Shown here piece after piece: positions 36,902 to 44,971 of a DNA stretch of 47,744 nt (positions are counted from its first letter, which is position 1; each line of letters opens with the position of its first letter). The notes under the pieces were generated by a model. That model did no database searches. It worked only from the letters and a program-made list of their open reading frames with translations, and had not been told where the DNA came from. The DNA is taken from the NCBI GenBank assembly GCA_036229005.1, contig JAZAMN010000009.1, positions 1 to 47,744 of the forward strand, given 5' to 3'. The position numbers and the translations under genes were made by a program. This DNA is from Myxococcota bacterium. Lineage in GTDB: Bacteria; Myxococcota_A; UBA796; CAJQPC01.

Positions 36902-37660
36902 CTAGAGCTTCATTCCGCCGCTGGCCTCGACGCGCTGGGCCGTGACCCAGCGGCTGTCCGGACCCGCCAGGAAGGCGATGGCGTCGGCGATATCGTCCGC
37001 GTGCCCCACCCGCCCCAGGGCGGTGATGCCGCTGATGTGGGCGGCGCCCTGCTCGGTGCGCAGGCCCGGGTTCATGTCGGTGTCGATCGCGCCGGGGGCC
37101 AGGACGTTGGCCGTGATTCCCCGGGGCCCGAGCTCGGCCGCCAGGTAGTGGGCCAGGGTGGTCAGGGCCCCCTTGGCGGCGCCATAGACGATGTACTGGG
37201 GGAACGCGAAGCGGGTCAGGCCGGTGCCCAGGAGGACGATCCGGCCGCCATCCCGCATGCGCCGCGCGGCCTGCTGGGCGGTGAAGAAGACGCCCTTGAC
37301 GTTCAGGTCGAACACGGCGTCGAAGTCGGCCTCGCGGACCTCGTCCAGGCGCCGATCCTGGATGATGCCGGCGTTGGCGACCAGGATGTCCAGGCTCTTG
37401 CCTACGCCCAGCCGCTCCTCGACTGCGCCAAAGAGCGCCATCACGCCAGCGTGCGTGCAGAGATCGGCTTGAAGGGGGTGAGCCGACCCACCCTCAAGGG
37501 CCACGGCCTCCTCCACCTCCCGAGCAGCCGCCTCCTGGCTCCGGTAGGTGAACAGCACGGTCGCTCCATCCCGAGCGAGGCGCTCCACCGCGGCCCGCCC
37601 CAACCCACGACTGCCACCCGTCACCAGCGCCACCTTGCCCTGCAGTTGTCCCTTGCTCAT
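36902..37660 (-). CDS. Short-chain dehydrogenase/reductase
   Basis: TGGSRGLG, ANAG, YGAAK, PGAIDTDMN; aaggag RBS before ATG 37660. Confidence 0.92.
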   Translation of the reverse strand: MSKGQLQGKVALVTGGSRGLGRAAVERLARDGATVLFTYRSQEAAAREVEEAVALEGGSAHPLQADLCTHAGVMALFGAVEERLGVGKSLDILVANAGIIQDRRLDEVREADFDAVFDLNVKGVFFTAQQAARRMRDGGRIVLLGTGLTRFAFPQYIVYGAAKGALTTLAHYLAAELGPRGITANVLAPGAIDTDMNPGLRTEQGAAHISGITALGRVGHADDIADAIAFLAGPDSRWVTAQRVEASGGMKL

Positions 37661-37784
37661 GCTCTGCTCCTTCTGCGTTTTCGTGTTGGGGGGCGGCGGG
37701 CTCGGATTGAGCGCTTCGCCCCATCGCAAGGGAAAGGTAGGGAGTCTAGGGGGCTCAGCCCAGCCTCGTCTACGCGCAGGGGTT

Positions 37785-37798
37785 ATACGTTTCTGTAT
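37785..37798. promoter_or_regulatory. LysR-type autoregulatory palindrome ATAC-N6-GTAT
   Basis: atacgtttctgtat immediately before the LysR start, between divergent SDR and LysR genes. Confidence 0.5.
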
Positions 37799-37802
37799 GT
37801 CA

Positions 37803-38702
37803 ATGTCCTGGGATGACCTGCGGGTCCTGTTGGCGGTCGCGGAGTCCGGGAGCCTCTCTCAGGCGGCCGAGCAGCTTGGGTTGACCCAGCCCACCGTGGG
37901 GAGACGCCTGGACCGCCTGGAGGCGGAGCTGGGCTTTGCGCTGGTGCGGCGCAGCAGCCTGGGGTGCACCTTGAGCGAGCCCGCCCAGGCGATGCTGCCG
38001 GAGCTGGCCCGCATGCGCGAGGCGGCCGAGGGGGTGTCGCTGGTGAGCCGCAGCGCCAAGAACGACCTGTCGGGGGTGGTCCGCCTGGCGATGGGTCCCC
38101 TGCCCGCCCACAGCCTGCTCGGGAAGCTGGCGCCCGCCCTGCGCGAGGCTCCGGAGCTCAAGCTCGAGGTCCTGGCCGGGACGGAGCTGGTGCGGCTGGA
38201 GCGCGGCGACGCGGACCTGGCCATCCGGGCGGTCGTGCCCGCGGGGGACCACTGGGTGCTGCGCTCCCTGGGGGTTCGGCGCTTCTGCGTCTACGGCGCG
38301 CGCTCACTGCTGGAGCGGGAGCCTGAGCTGCGCGGAGCCTGGGAGAAGGCCCGCTGGGTCGGCTGGCCCTCGGGGAGCGGGACACGCTCGGCGCGCTGGA
38401 TGCGGCGCACGCTGGGGCGGGATGCGGACCTGCGCCTGAGCCACTCGCTGCTGATCCTGGAGGCGGTCAAGGCGGGCCTGGGGCTGGGCGTGCTCCCCGC
38501 CTATGTCGCCGCGGGCCACCCGGACCTGGTGGCGCTCGGCCCCCCGCTGGAGGACCTGATGCTGGAGAGCTGGCTGGTGATCCACCCCAGCGCCCGGAGG
38601 CTGCCCCGCGTGCGCTGGCTGGCCTCCAAGCTGGTGGAGTTGATGCCCGACGAGCCCTCGCCGGGAGCCGCGCCCCCCGGAGACACTCAGATGCGCTCGT
38701 AG
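37803..38702 (+). CDS. LysR family regulator
   Basis: MSWDDLR..LAVAE.GSLS.AA..LG..QPTVGRR...LE HTH; L.RG.ADLAIR; alternative ATG 37797. Confidence 0.92.
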   Translation: MSWDDLRVLLAVAESGSLSQAAEQLGLTQPTVGRRLDRLEAELGFALVRRSSLGCTLSEPAQAMLPELARMREAAEGVSLVSRSAKNDLSGVVRLAMGPLPAHSLLGKLAPALREAPELKLEVLAGTELVRLERGDADLAIRAVVPAGDHWVLRSLGVRRFCVYGARSLLEREPELRGAWEKARWVGWPSGSGTRSARWMRRTLGRDADLRLSHSLLILEAVKAGLGLGVLPAYVAAGHPDLVALGPPLEDLMLESWLVIHPSARRLPRVRWLASKLVELMPDEPSPGAAPPGDTQMRS

Positions 38703-38746
38703 CGGCGCTGGTGGTCCACGGTGCCCGTGTAGAAGAGCCCCGAGCC
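38687..38746 (-). pseudogene. Orphan duplicate of the mvaS 3' end (GSGLFYTGTVDHQRRYERI*)
   Basis: Translates to the last 19 residues of the HMG-CoA synthase with its own in-frame TGA at 38687-38689. Confidence 0.85.
38700..38746. repeat. 47-bp perfect direct repeat, copy 1
   Basis: tagcggcgctggtggtccacggtgcccgtgtagaagagccccgagcc, identical to 39615-39661. Confidence 0.95.
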
Positions 38747-38795
38747 TATGAACATCCGTATGGGCCATGCGGGTGTCTCCGCGGGCGCGCTGGGC

Positions 38796-38990
38796 CTACT
38801 CCTCTTCCTCGTGCTCCTCGCACTCGCCCTCTTCCTCACCCTCTTCCTCGTCGCCATGGTCGTGGATGTGGCACTCCAGCTCGTCTGCGCAGTCGTCGTC
38901 AGAGGTGCAGGGGTCGCCGACTTCACCGCCAGCGCCGCAAGCAGCGAGTCCGAGGAGGGCGGTCAGGGCGAGAACAACAGAACGCTTCAT
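38796..38990 (-). CDS. Small Cys4 lipoprotein with His/Glu/Asp-rich loop (putative metal-binding)
   Basis: MKRSVVLALTALLGLAAC lipobox; GDPC-x5-C-x5-C-HIHDHGDEEEGEEEGE-C-EEHEEEE; ggag RBS. Confidence 0.8.
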   Translation of the reverse strand: MKRSVVLALTALLGLAACGAGGEVGDPCTSDDDCADELECHIHDHGDEEEGEEEGECEEHEEEE

Positions 38991-39026
38991 GGGGGTCTCC
39001 GAGTGTCGTTGGGACGGCCGGAGCCT

Positions 39027-39062
39027 ACTGCGATCGTTTTGCTAATGCAACTGGATCGCTTT
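39027..39062. promoter_or_regulatory. Two tandem imperfect palindromes TGC(A/G)A-N5-T(T/C)GC, possible Fur-family (Zur-like) boxes
   Basis: actgcgatcgttttgctaa (39027-39045) and aatgcaactggatcgcttt (39044-39062) in the AT-rich divergent spacer. Confidence 0.4.
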
Positions 39063-39091
39063 AAAGAATAGAGCCCCAACAGGAACGCAGC

Positions 39092-39502
39092 GTGAACAAG
39101 CCCCTCTCTCCTGTCGCCGCAGACACCAGCCCTCTGCGATGGGTGGATCGCCTTGGAGGGCTGGCCAGCAGCCTCTGCGCTGTGCACTGTGCGCTGGTGG
39201 GATTCGCGCCCTCGATCGCGACGGTGCTCGGCCTGGCGGGCGCAGTCAACGAGAAGCTGGAGTGGGGCTTCTTTGGCGCGGCGATGCTCTTGGCCGGCGT
39301 GGCTGCTGCGGTGGGCTTCCGCAAGCATGGCTCCTGGGCGGTGCTGGGGGTCTTCTCTGGCGGCCTGGCGCTCTTGTTGCTGGGCCGCATGTCAGAGACC
39401 TTCGCCTTGTTTGAGGGCGGAGGCGTGCTCTCCATTGTTGGCGGTTTCACGCTGCTGGGAGCACACCTGCTCAGCCTGCGTCGGCGGGCCTCGGAGCCTT
39501 AG
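39092..39502 (+). CDS. MerC-domain membrane protein (putative metal transporter)
   Basis: DRLG..AS.LCAVHC motif, GFRKH, four TM helices, GG..L..AH near the C-terminus. Confidence 0.85.
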   Translation: MNKPLSPVAADTSPLRWVDRLGGLASSLCAVHCALVGFAPSIATVLGLAGAVNEKLEWGFFGAAMLLAGVAAAVGFRKHGSWAVLGVFSGGLALLLLGRMSETFALFEGGGVLSIVGGFTLLGAHLLSLRRRASEP

Positions 39503-39539
39503 TTCCCCCGCGGGCCCACTCGAGCACGGGTCCCAAACG

Positions 39540-39584
39540 TGTTCTGCCGGACGGACCACCTCGCCGTCTCGGACCGGCAGAACA
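39540..39584. terminator. Hairpin between convergent MerC-domain gene and mvaS
   Basis: tgttctgccgg (39540-39550) pairs perfectly with ccggcagaaca (39574-39584); inner acgg/ccgt stem; no long U tract. Confidence 0.5.
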
Positions 39585-39598
39585 AGCAGGCTGCGGCC

Positions 39599-40858
39599 TC
39601 AGCCGATCCGCGCATAGCGGCGCTGGTGGTCCACGGTGCCCGTGTAGAAGAGCCCCGAGCCCAGGCCCCAGCGCGCCGGGTCGGCCATCTCGCTGTTGTT
39701 CAGGTCGGCCTCCTCGCTGGCGGCACAGAGGGCCTCGTAGTCGGCGATCGAGAGCGCGCGGCGCGCGTCCAGCTCAGCGGTGGGGTCGAGCGTAGCGGAC
39801 CAGTCCCCGGCCCCTTGGACCACCTCGGCGAACATCAGGGCCGCCCCCGAGCCGCTGCCGTAGGAGAAGAGGCTCAGGCGCTGTCCGGCGTGCTCTGGGC
39901 CGAGCTGGCGCAGGAAGTCGATCATCGCCAGGAACACCGAACCCGTGTAGATGTTGCCCACGCGCTCGTTCAGGCTCAGGAAGGGCGAGACCTTGGCGCC
40001 GTAGCTGCCCAGGATGTCGGCCATGCGGGGGTCTTCGCGGGAGACCCGGTCGCCGAGCTCGGTCTCGCGGTGCCGGTGGTGCGCCTTCTTGGCCATCTTG
40101 GTGAAGGGCACGTGGTACAGGCAGGCATCCAGCTCCCCGATCTGAAAGGGCTTTCCTTGGTTTGCGTCCTCGGAGAGCTGCTCGCTGGCGTGGTCCAGGC
40201 AGCCCTCCAGAGCCTCCAGGTAGCAGTCGATGCTGTAGTGGCCGTCGACCTGCGCGTACTTGGAGTAGAGCGGCCGCCAGAAGTCCATCACCTGCTTGGT
40301 GAAGTCGCCGCTCAGGTCGGCATCCAGCGCGAGCAGGCGGGGGTTCTCGGAGATCACCATCGCCACCGCGCCGGCGCCCTGGGTGGGCTCACCGGGGGTG
40401 TTCACGCCGTAGCGGGCGATGTCGGAGGCGATGATCAGCGCCTTGCGGCCCTTGGCGCGGCCCGAGAGGATCCAGTCCATCGCCGCGGTCAGTCCGGCCA
40501 TGGCGCCGTAGCAGGCGTGCTTGGTCTCGAAGGTGCGGCAGCGCGCGGGCAGGCCCAGCAGCTCGTGCACGTAGACGGCGGAGGGCTTGGAGTGGTCCAC
40601 GCCGGTCTCGGTGCCGACGACCAGGGTGCCGATCTCCGCCGGGTCGATCCCGAAGGCCTCCAGCGCCTTGCGGCCCGCCTCGGCGGCCAGCGTCACGGTG
40701 TCCTCGCAGGGGGTCGCGACCGCCATCTGCCGCTGCCCGATGCCCTTGATGTACTTGTTGGGGTCCACCCCGCGGGCGTCCGCGAGCGCCGCCATCTCCA
40801 CAAAACACTCGGGGCCCGCGAAGGCCATCGCGTCGATCCCGACCACCGGCTTGTCCAT
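39599..40858 (-). CDS. mvaS: Hydroxymethylglutaryl-CoA synthase
   Basis: VGIDA, VGTETGVDHSK, KHACYG, EPTQGAGAVAM, DFWRP, YHVPF.KM, VGNIYTGS, SYGSG. Confidence 0.94.
   Translation of the reverse strand: MDKPVVGIDAMAFAGPECFVEMAALADARGVDPNKYIKGIGQRQMAVATPCEDTVTLAAEAGRKALEAFGIDPAEIGTLVVGTETGVDHSKPSAVYVHELLGLPARCRTFETKHACYGAMAGLTAAMDWILSGRAKGRKALIIASDIARYGVNTPGEPTQGAGAVAMVISENPRLLALDADLSGDFTKQVMDFWRPLYSKYAQVDGHYSIDCYLEALEGCLDHASEQLSEDANQGKPFQIGELDACLYHVPFTKMAKKAHHRHRETELGDRVSREDPRMADILGSYGAKVSPFLSLNERVGNIYTGSVFLAMIDFLRQLGPEHAGQRLSLFSYGSGSGAALMFAEVVQGAGDWSATLDPTAELDARRALSIADYEALCAASEEADLNNSEMADPARWGLGSGLFYTGTVDHQRRYARIG
39615..39661. repeat. 47-bp perfect direct repeat, copy 2 (inside mvaS 3' end)
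   Basis: Identical to 38700-38746. Confidence 0.95.
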
Positions 40859-40920
40859 GCTCTCTCCAAGGCAACAGGGCGCATAGGCAGCGGGGACACT
40901 GGGTGTGCGTCCCCGTTGCG

Positions 40921-41829
40921 CTACCGCCACTCTAGACGACTGGGGTCATAGCTGGGGTTGGGGCGCTCGCGTATGCGCTCGGCCATGTAGGCCAGGAAGG
41001 CCCGCACCGTGGGGGAGGGGTCGGGGAGGTAGACCAGGCTGCTGGTGGTGGGGGTGTGCACCTCTGGGACCACCTGGCGCAGGAGCCCCTGTTCGATCGC
41101 GGTGTCAGCGAGGACATCGGGGACCAGCGCGATGCCCGCCCCCGCCAGCGCGAAGCCGATCACGTGGCCCGTACCGTGGGCCCGGACCGCCACCGGAGGC
41201 AGCGCCACCCGCGTCCCATCCTGCAGGCGCCAGGGCAGCAGGCGCCCCAGGCGGTCCCACTCCTGGATAGCGCGGTGCTGGGGGAAGTCGGCCACCGAGC
41301 GCAGGGGCCCGTGGGCGTCCAGGTACGCGGGGCTGGCCACCAGGATCAGGCGCAGGTCAAAGAGCTTCTGCACCCGCAGATCGGGGTCCACCGGGTGCTG
41401 GTGGATCCGCATGGCGACGTCGAACTCGCCGGGGCGCAGGTCCTGGGGGTCCCAGCCCTGCTGGATCAGGAGCTGGATCTCCGGGTGCTCGCGGGAGAAG
41501 TCCGCCAGGGCGGGCACGATGGCGACGGGGGTGCCCATCACGGGCATGCGGATGCGCAGGGTGCCCGCGGTCTGTCCGCTGGCCAGGCGCACCTCCTGCT
41601 CGATGCGGTCCTGGCGCTCGATGATGCGGCGCCACTCGGCGGCCAGGCGGCGCCCCGCCGAGGTGAGCACCAGGGTGTTCCCAGCGACCTGGGTCAGGGT
41701 CAGCCCCAGCTCCTCCTCCAAGGCGGCCACCCGACGCATGGCGGTGGTGCGTGCGATCCCCAGCTCGCGGGAGACGGCGGCGTAGCTGCCCGCGTCGGCA
41801 AGCTGAACAAAGAGTCGGCGGGAGTCCAT
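40921..41829 (-). CDS. LysR family regulator (divergent HTH)
   Basis: LFV..ADAGSYAAVSRELG..RTT..RRVAALEEELG..L; HPEI.L; FDVAMR; ASP.YL; GAGIALVP. Confidence 0.88.
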   Translation of the reverse strand: MDSRRLFVQLADAGSYAAVSRELGIARTTAMRRVAALEEELGLTLTQVAGNTLVLTSAGRRLAAEWRRIIERQDRIEQEVRLASGQTAGTLRIRMPVMGTPVAIVPALADFSREHPEIQLLIQQGWDPQDLRPGEFDVAMRIHQHPVDPDLRVQKLFDLRLILVASPAYLDAHGPLRSVADFPQHRAIQEWDRLGRLLPWRLQDGTRVALPPVAVRAHGTGHVIGFALAGAGIALVPDVLADTAIEQGLLRQVVPEVHTPTTSSLVYLPDPSPTVRAFLAYMAERIRERPNPSYDPSRLEWR

Positions 41830-41925
41830 GGCAATGGGTAGCACAGACGCACGCTGGGCGTGCACAAACGAGCAGGGTCGCGGCCACGTCCGGGTCATAG
41901 GTCCCCAGCCTCCCCGGGTGGTGCC

Positions 41926-43713
41926 ATGTCCGAGACCCCGACCTTCAAGACCCTGCAGGACGTCTACCTGCACTCCCAGTTCCGCTTCGCCGAGCGGCCC
42001 CTGTTCGGCACGCGCGGTCCCCAGGGCTGGGAGTGGCTGAGCTACCGCGGCTTCGGCCGCCAGGTGGACACCCTGCGCACCGCCCTGGCCGGCCTGGGCA
42101 TCCAGCGGGGCGACCGCGTGGCCATCGTGGCCGACAACCGGGTGGAGTGGGCCGTCGCGCTCCACGCCACCGTGGGGCTGGGGGCCTGCTTCGTGCCCAT
42201 GTACGCCGCACAGCGCGTCGAAGAGCAGGTGTTCATCTTGGGGGATTGCCGGGCTCGGGTGCTCCTGGTGGCCGACTCGGCCATGGCCCGGCAGCTCCAG
42301 GGGCGGCGTGACCAGCTACCATCCCTGGAGCACCTCTTTGTCCTCGACGGTGAAGACCAGTCCAGCGACTGGGCCCAGCTCATGCGGATCCCGGGCGGTG
42401 GGGACCCGGTGCCCATGCGCCCCGTCACCCCCTCGGACCCCGCGGCCTTCATCTACACCTCGGGCACCACGGGGGACCCCAAGGGGGTGATCCTCAGCCA
42501 CGGGAACCTGGCCAGCAACGTGCAGGGCGCGCTGGCGGTCTTCCCCATCGCCCCGGAGGACCGCTCCCTGAGCTTCCTGCCCTGGGCCCACTGCTTTGGG
42601 CAGACCGCCGAGCTGCACGCCATGTACGCGGCGGGGGCGTCCATGGGGCTGGCCGAGTCGGTGCCCAAGCTGCTGGACAACATCGCCGAGGTGCGGCCCA
42701 CCATCCTGATCAGCGTCCCGCGCATCTTCAACCGCATCTACGACCGCATGCACCAGCGCATGGACAGCGCAGGCCCCCTGGAGAAGCGGCTCTTTGACGA
42801 GGCCCTGGCAAACGCCCGGCTGCGGCGCGAGCTGGCGGGTCAGGGGCAGCAGAGCCTGCGAGTGGAGCTCAAGCACGCGGCCTTCGACCGCCTGGTCTTC
42901 TCGCGGGTGCGAGAGCGCTTTGGGGGGCGGCTGCGCTACGCCGTGAGCGGGGGCGCGGCCCTGTCCACCCGGGTCGCCGAGTTCATCGAGGACGTCGGCA
43001 TCGTCGTGTTCGAGGGCTACGGCCTCACCGAGACCAGCCCCGTGGTCGCCACCAACACCCCCAAGGCCCACCGCATCGGCAGCGTGGGCAAGCCCCTGCC
43101 CGGCGTGCGCGTCGTACTCGACCACAGCGCCACCGAGGATGTCGTGGACGGGGAGATCGTGGTCTACGGGCCCGGCGTCATGCGCGGCTACCACCAGCGC
43201 CCCCACGACACCGCCGGCGCGTTCACCGAAGACGGCGGCTTCCGGACCGGCGATATGGGCCGCCTGGACGAGGACGGCTTCCTCTACATCACCGGCCGCA
43301 TCAAGGAGCAGTACAAGCTGGAGAACGGCAAGTACGTGGTCCCAAGCCCCCTGGAGGAGGAGCTTCAGCTTGCCCCTCTGGTGGGAACGGCTGTGTTGTG
43401 TGGGCACAATCGACCCCACAACGTCGCGCTGGTGGTCCCCGACTGGGACGCCGTTGCCCTCTGGGCGGCAAACGAGGACATCCCGGCGCAGACCCCCGAG
43501 CAGTGGGTGCGCGACACGCGCCTGCAGGGCGCCATCCAGGCCCAGGTGGACGAGCAGGCGGCCGCCTTCAAGCGCTACGAGCGCCCCCGGGCCGTGGGGC
43601 TCGTGGCCGAGGCCTTCACCGTCGAGAGCGGGCTCCTGACGCCCAGCCTCAAGGTCAAGCGGCGGGCCGTGCTGGGGCGCTATTCGGGCGTCGTCGAGGG
43701 TCTCTGGGCCTGA
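41926..43713 (+). CDS. Long-chain acyl-CoA synthetase (AMP-binding)
   Basis: IYTSGTTGDPKGV, EGYGLTETSP, FRTGDMG, ITGRIKE, LTPSLKVKR. Confidence 0.93.
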   Translation: MSETPTFKTLQDVYLHSQFRFAERPLFGTRGPQGWEWLSYRGFGRQVDTLRTALAGLGIQRGDRVAIVADNRVEWAVALHATVGLGACFVPMYAAQRVEEQVFILGDCRARVLLVADSAMARQLQGRRDQLPSLEHLFVLDGEDQSSDWAQLMRIPGGGDPVPMRPVTPSDPAAFIYTSGTTGDPKGVILSHGNLASNVQGALAVFPIAPEDRSLSFLPWAHCFGQTAELHAMYAAGASMGLAESVPKLLDNIAEVRPTILISVPRIFNRIYDRMHQRMDSAGPLEKRLFDEALANARLRRELAGQGQQSLRVELKHAAFDRLVFSRVRERFGGRLRYAVSGGAALSTRVAEFIEDVGIVVFEGYGLTETSPVVATNTPKAHRIGSVGKPLPGVRVVLDHSATEDVVDGEIVVYGPGVMRGYHQRPHDTAGAFTEDGGFRTGDMGRLDEDGFLYITGRIKEQYKLENGKYVVPSPLEEELQLAPLVGTAVLCGHNRPHNVALVVPDWDAVALWAANEDIPAQTPEQWVRDTRLQGAIQAQVDEQAAAFKRYERPRAVGLVAEAFTVESGLLTPSLKVKRRAVLGRYSGVVEGLWA

Positions 43714-43774
43714 GCCGGTGATAGCGTCTGGCTCCCCCCCGCCGCGTCGGCAGGGGGCGTGAGCAGGAGGCCCT

Positions 43775-44851
43775 GTGCCCCCCACCAAGCGCAAGCGTCT
43801 GTCCTCCGCCAAGCGGGCCGCCGGCAAGCGGGGCCAGGCCCCCGGGACCGCCATCTACGTGGGGGAGGAGCGCTCCCACCCCATCCAGGTCACCGTCCTG
43901 GATTACAACCCCGAGGCCCTCAAGGAGCACGCGCACGCCTCCCTGGACGACCTCAGCAGCTTCCGAGAGAGCCCCTCGGTCACCTGGGTCAACCTGGATG
44001 GCGTGCACGACGTCGCGGCCGTCAGCGCGGTGTGCGAGGCCTTCGGTGTCCACCCCCTGGCCATGGAGGACATCCTGAACCCCGGCACCCGGCCCAAGGT
44101 GGACGACTACGGGGACCAGGTCTTCGTCGTCGCCAAGATGGTCACCCCCAGTGAGCAGGGCTTTGAGGTCGAGCAGGTGAGCATGGTGCTGGGGACCGGC
44201 TGGGTCCTCACCTTCCAGGAGCGGGAGGGCGACCTCTTCGATCCCATCCGCAAGCGCATCCGCAGCGGGGGCGGGCGCATCCGACGCATGGGCTCCGACT
44301 ACCTGCTGCACAGCGTCCTGGACGCCCTGGTGGACGGCTACTTCGAGACCCTGGTGCGCCTGGACGAGTCCACCGCTGCGCTCGAGGACCAGGCCTCCGA
44401 GGCCTCCACCGGCGAGGCCGCCAAACGCGTCCACGCCCTCAAGCGGGACCTTGTCACTCTGCGCCGCCTGATCTGGCCGCTGCGCGCCGCCACCGGCGAG
44501 CTCATGCGCTCCGGCGAGCTGATCGGCGAGGCCTCCCTGCCCTACTTCCGCGACCTGCAGGACCACGTGCTCCAGGTCCTCGAGCTCATGGACAGCTACC
44601 GCGACCGCCTCACGGGCGTGCTGGAGCTGCAGCTCGCGGTGGCCAGCGGCCGCATGAATGACGTCATGCAGGTGCTCACCATCGTAGCCACCCTCTTCAT
44701 CCCCCTCACCTTTATCGCCGGCATCTACGGAATGAACTTCCAGGCCATGCCGGAGCTGGCCTGGCGCTGGGGCTACCCCGCGGTCTGGGGCGTCATGTTG
44801 GCGTGCGCGCTGGGGATGGTGGCGTACTTCCGGCGGCGCGGGTGGCTCTAG
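43775..44851 (+). CDS. corA: Magnesium/cobalt transporter CorA
   Basis: HPLAMEDI, RPKV, TFQE, YFRD..DH, PLTFIAGIYGMNF..MPEL.W; aggagg RBS. Confidence 0.95.
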   Translation: MPPTKRKRLSSAKRAAGKRGQAPGTAIYVGEERSHPIQVTVLDYNPEALKEHAHASLDDLSSFRESPSVTWVNLDGVHDVAAVSAVCEAFGVHPLAMEDILNPGTRPKVDDYGDQVFVVAKMVTPSEQGFEVEQVSMVLGTGWVLTFQEREGDLFDPIRKRIRSGGGRIRRMGSDYLLHSVLDALVDGYFETLVRLDESTAALEDQASEASTGEAAKRVHALKRDLVTLRRLIWPLRAATGELMRSGELIGEASLPYFRDLQDHVLQVLELMDSYRDRLTGVLELQLAVASGRMNDVMQVLTIVATLFIPLTFIAGIYGMNFQAMPELAWRWGYPAVWGVMLACALGMVAYFRRRGWL

Positions 44852-44971
44852 GGAGCGCGCAGCCAACCAGCCAGCATGCCAGGAAGCGTGAATCCGCCAT
44901 GCTGGCCGGTCGAGAGAGGATCGAGACCCTGGTAGGCTTCCACCCAGCACCCCTCAGCCCAGGTCAGCTCC

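Larger units (their letters stand above)
38747..39614. mobile_element. Putative integrase-less inserted cassette (868 bp) at the mvaS 3' end
   Basis: Bounded by the 47-bp direct repeats; carries two divergent small genes and a hairpin; no recombinase gene inside. Confidence 0.55.

Noticed and set aside
38687..38926. 79-aa ORF ending in the mvaS-like C-terminus
   Set aside because: Chance frame running through the duplicated fragment and overlapping the mini-lipoprotein out of frame; no clear RBS.
39092..39502. Mercury resistance locus
   Set aside because: Only a MerC-domain gene is present; no merR, merA, merT or merP.
39599..43713. PKS beta-branching cassette or secondary-metabolite cluster
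   Set aside because: No ACP, ketosynthase, enoyl-CoA hydratase or PKS/NRPS modules; the enzyme looks like a stand-alone mevalonate-type HMG-CoA synthase.
43714..43774. Mg-sensing riboswitch upstream of corA
   Set aside because: The spacer is only about 60 bp and shows no M-box-like sequence.
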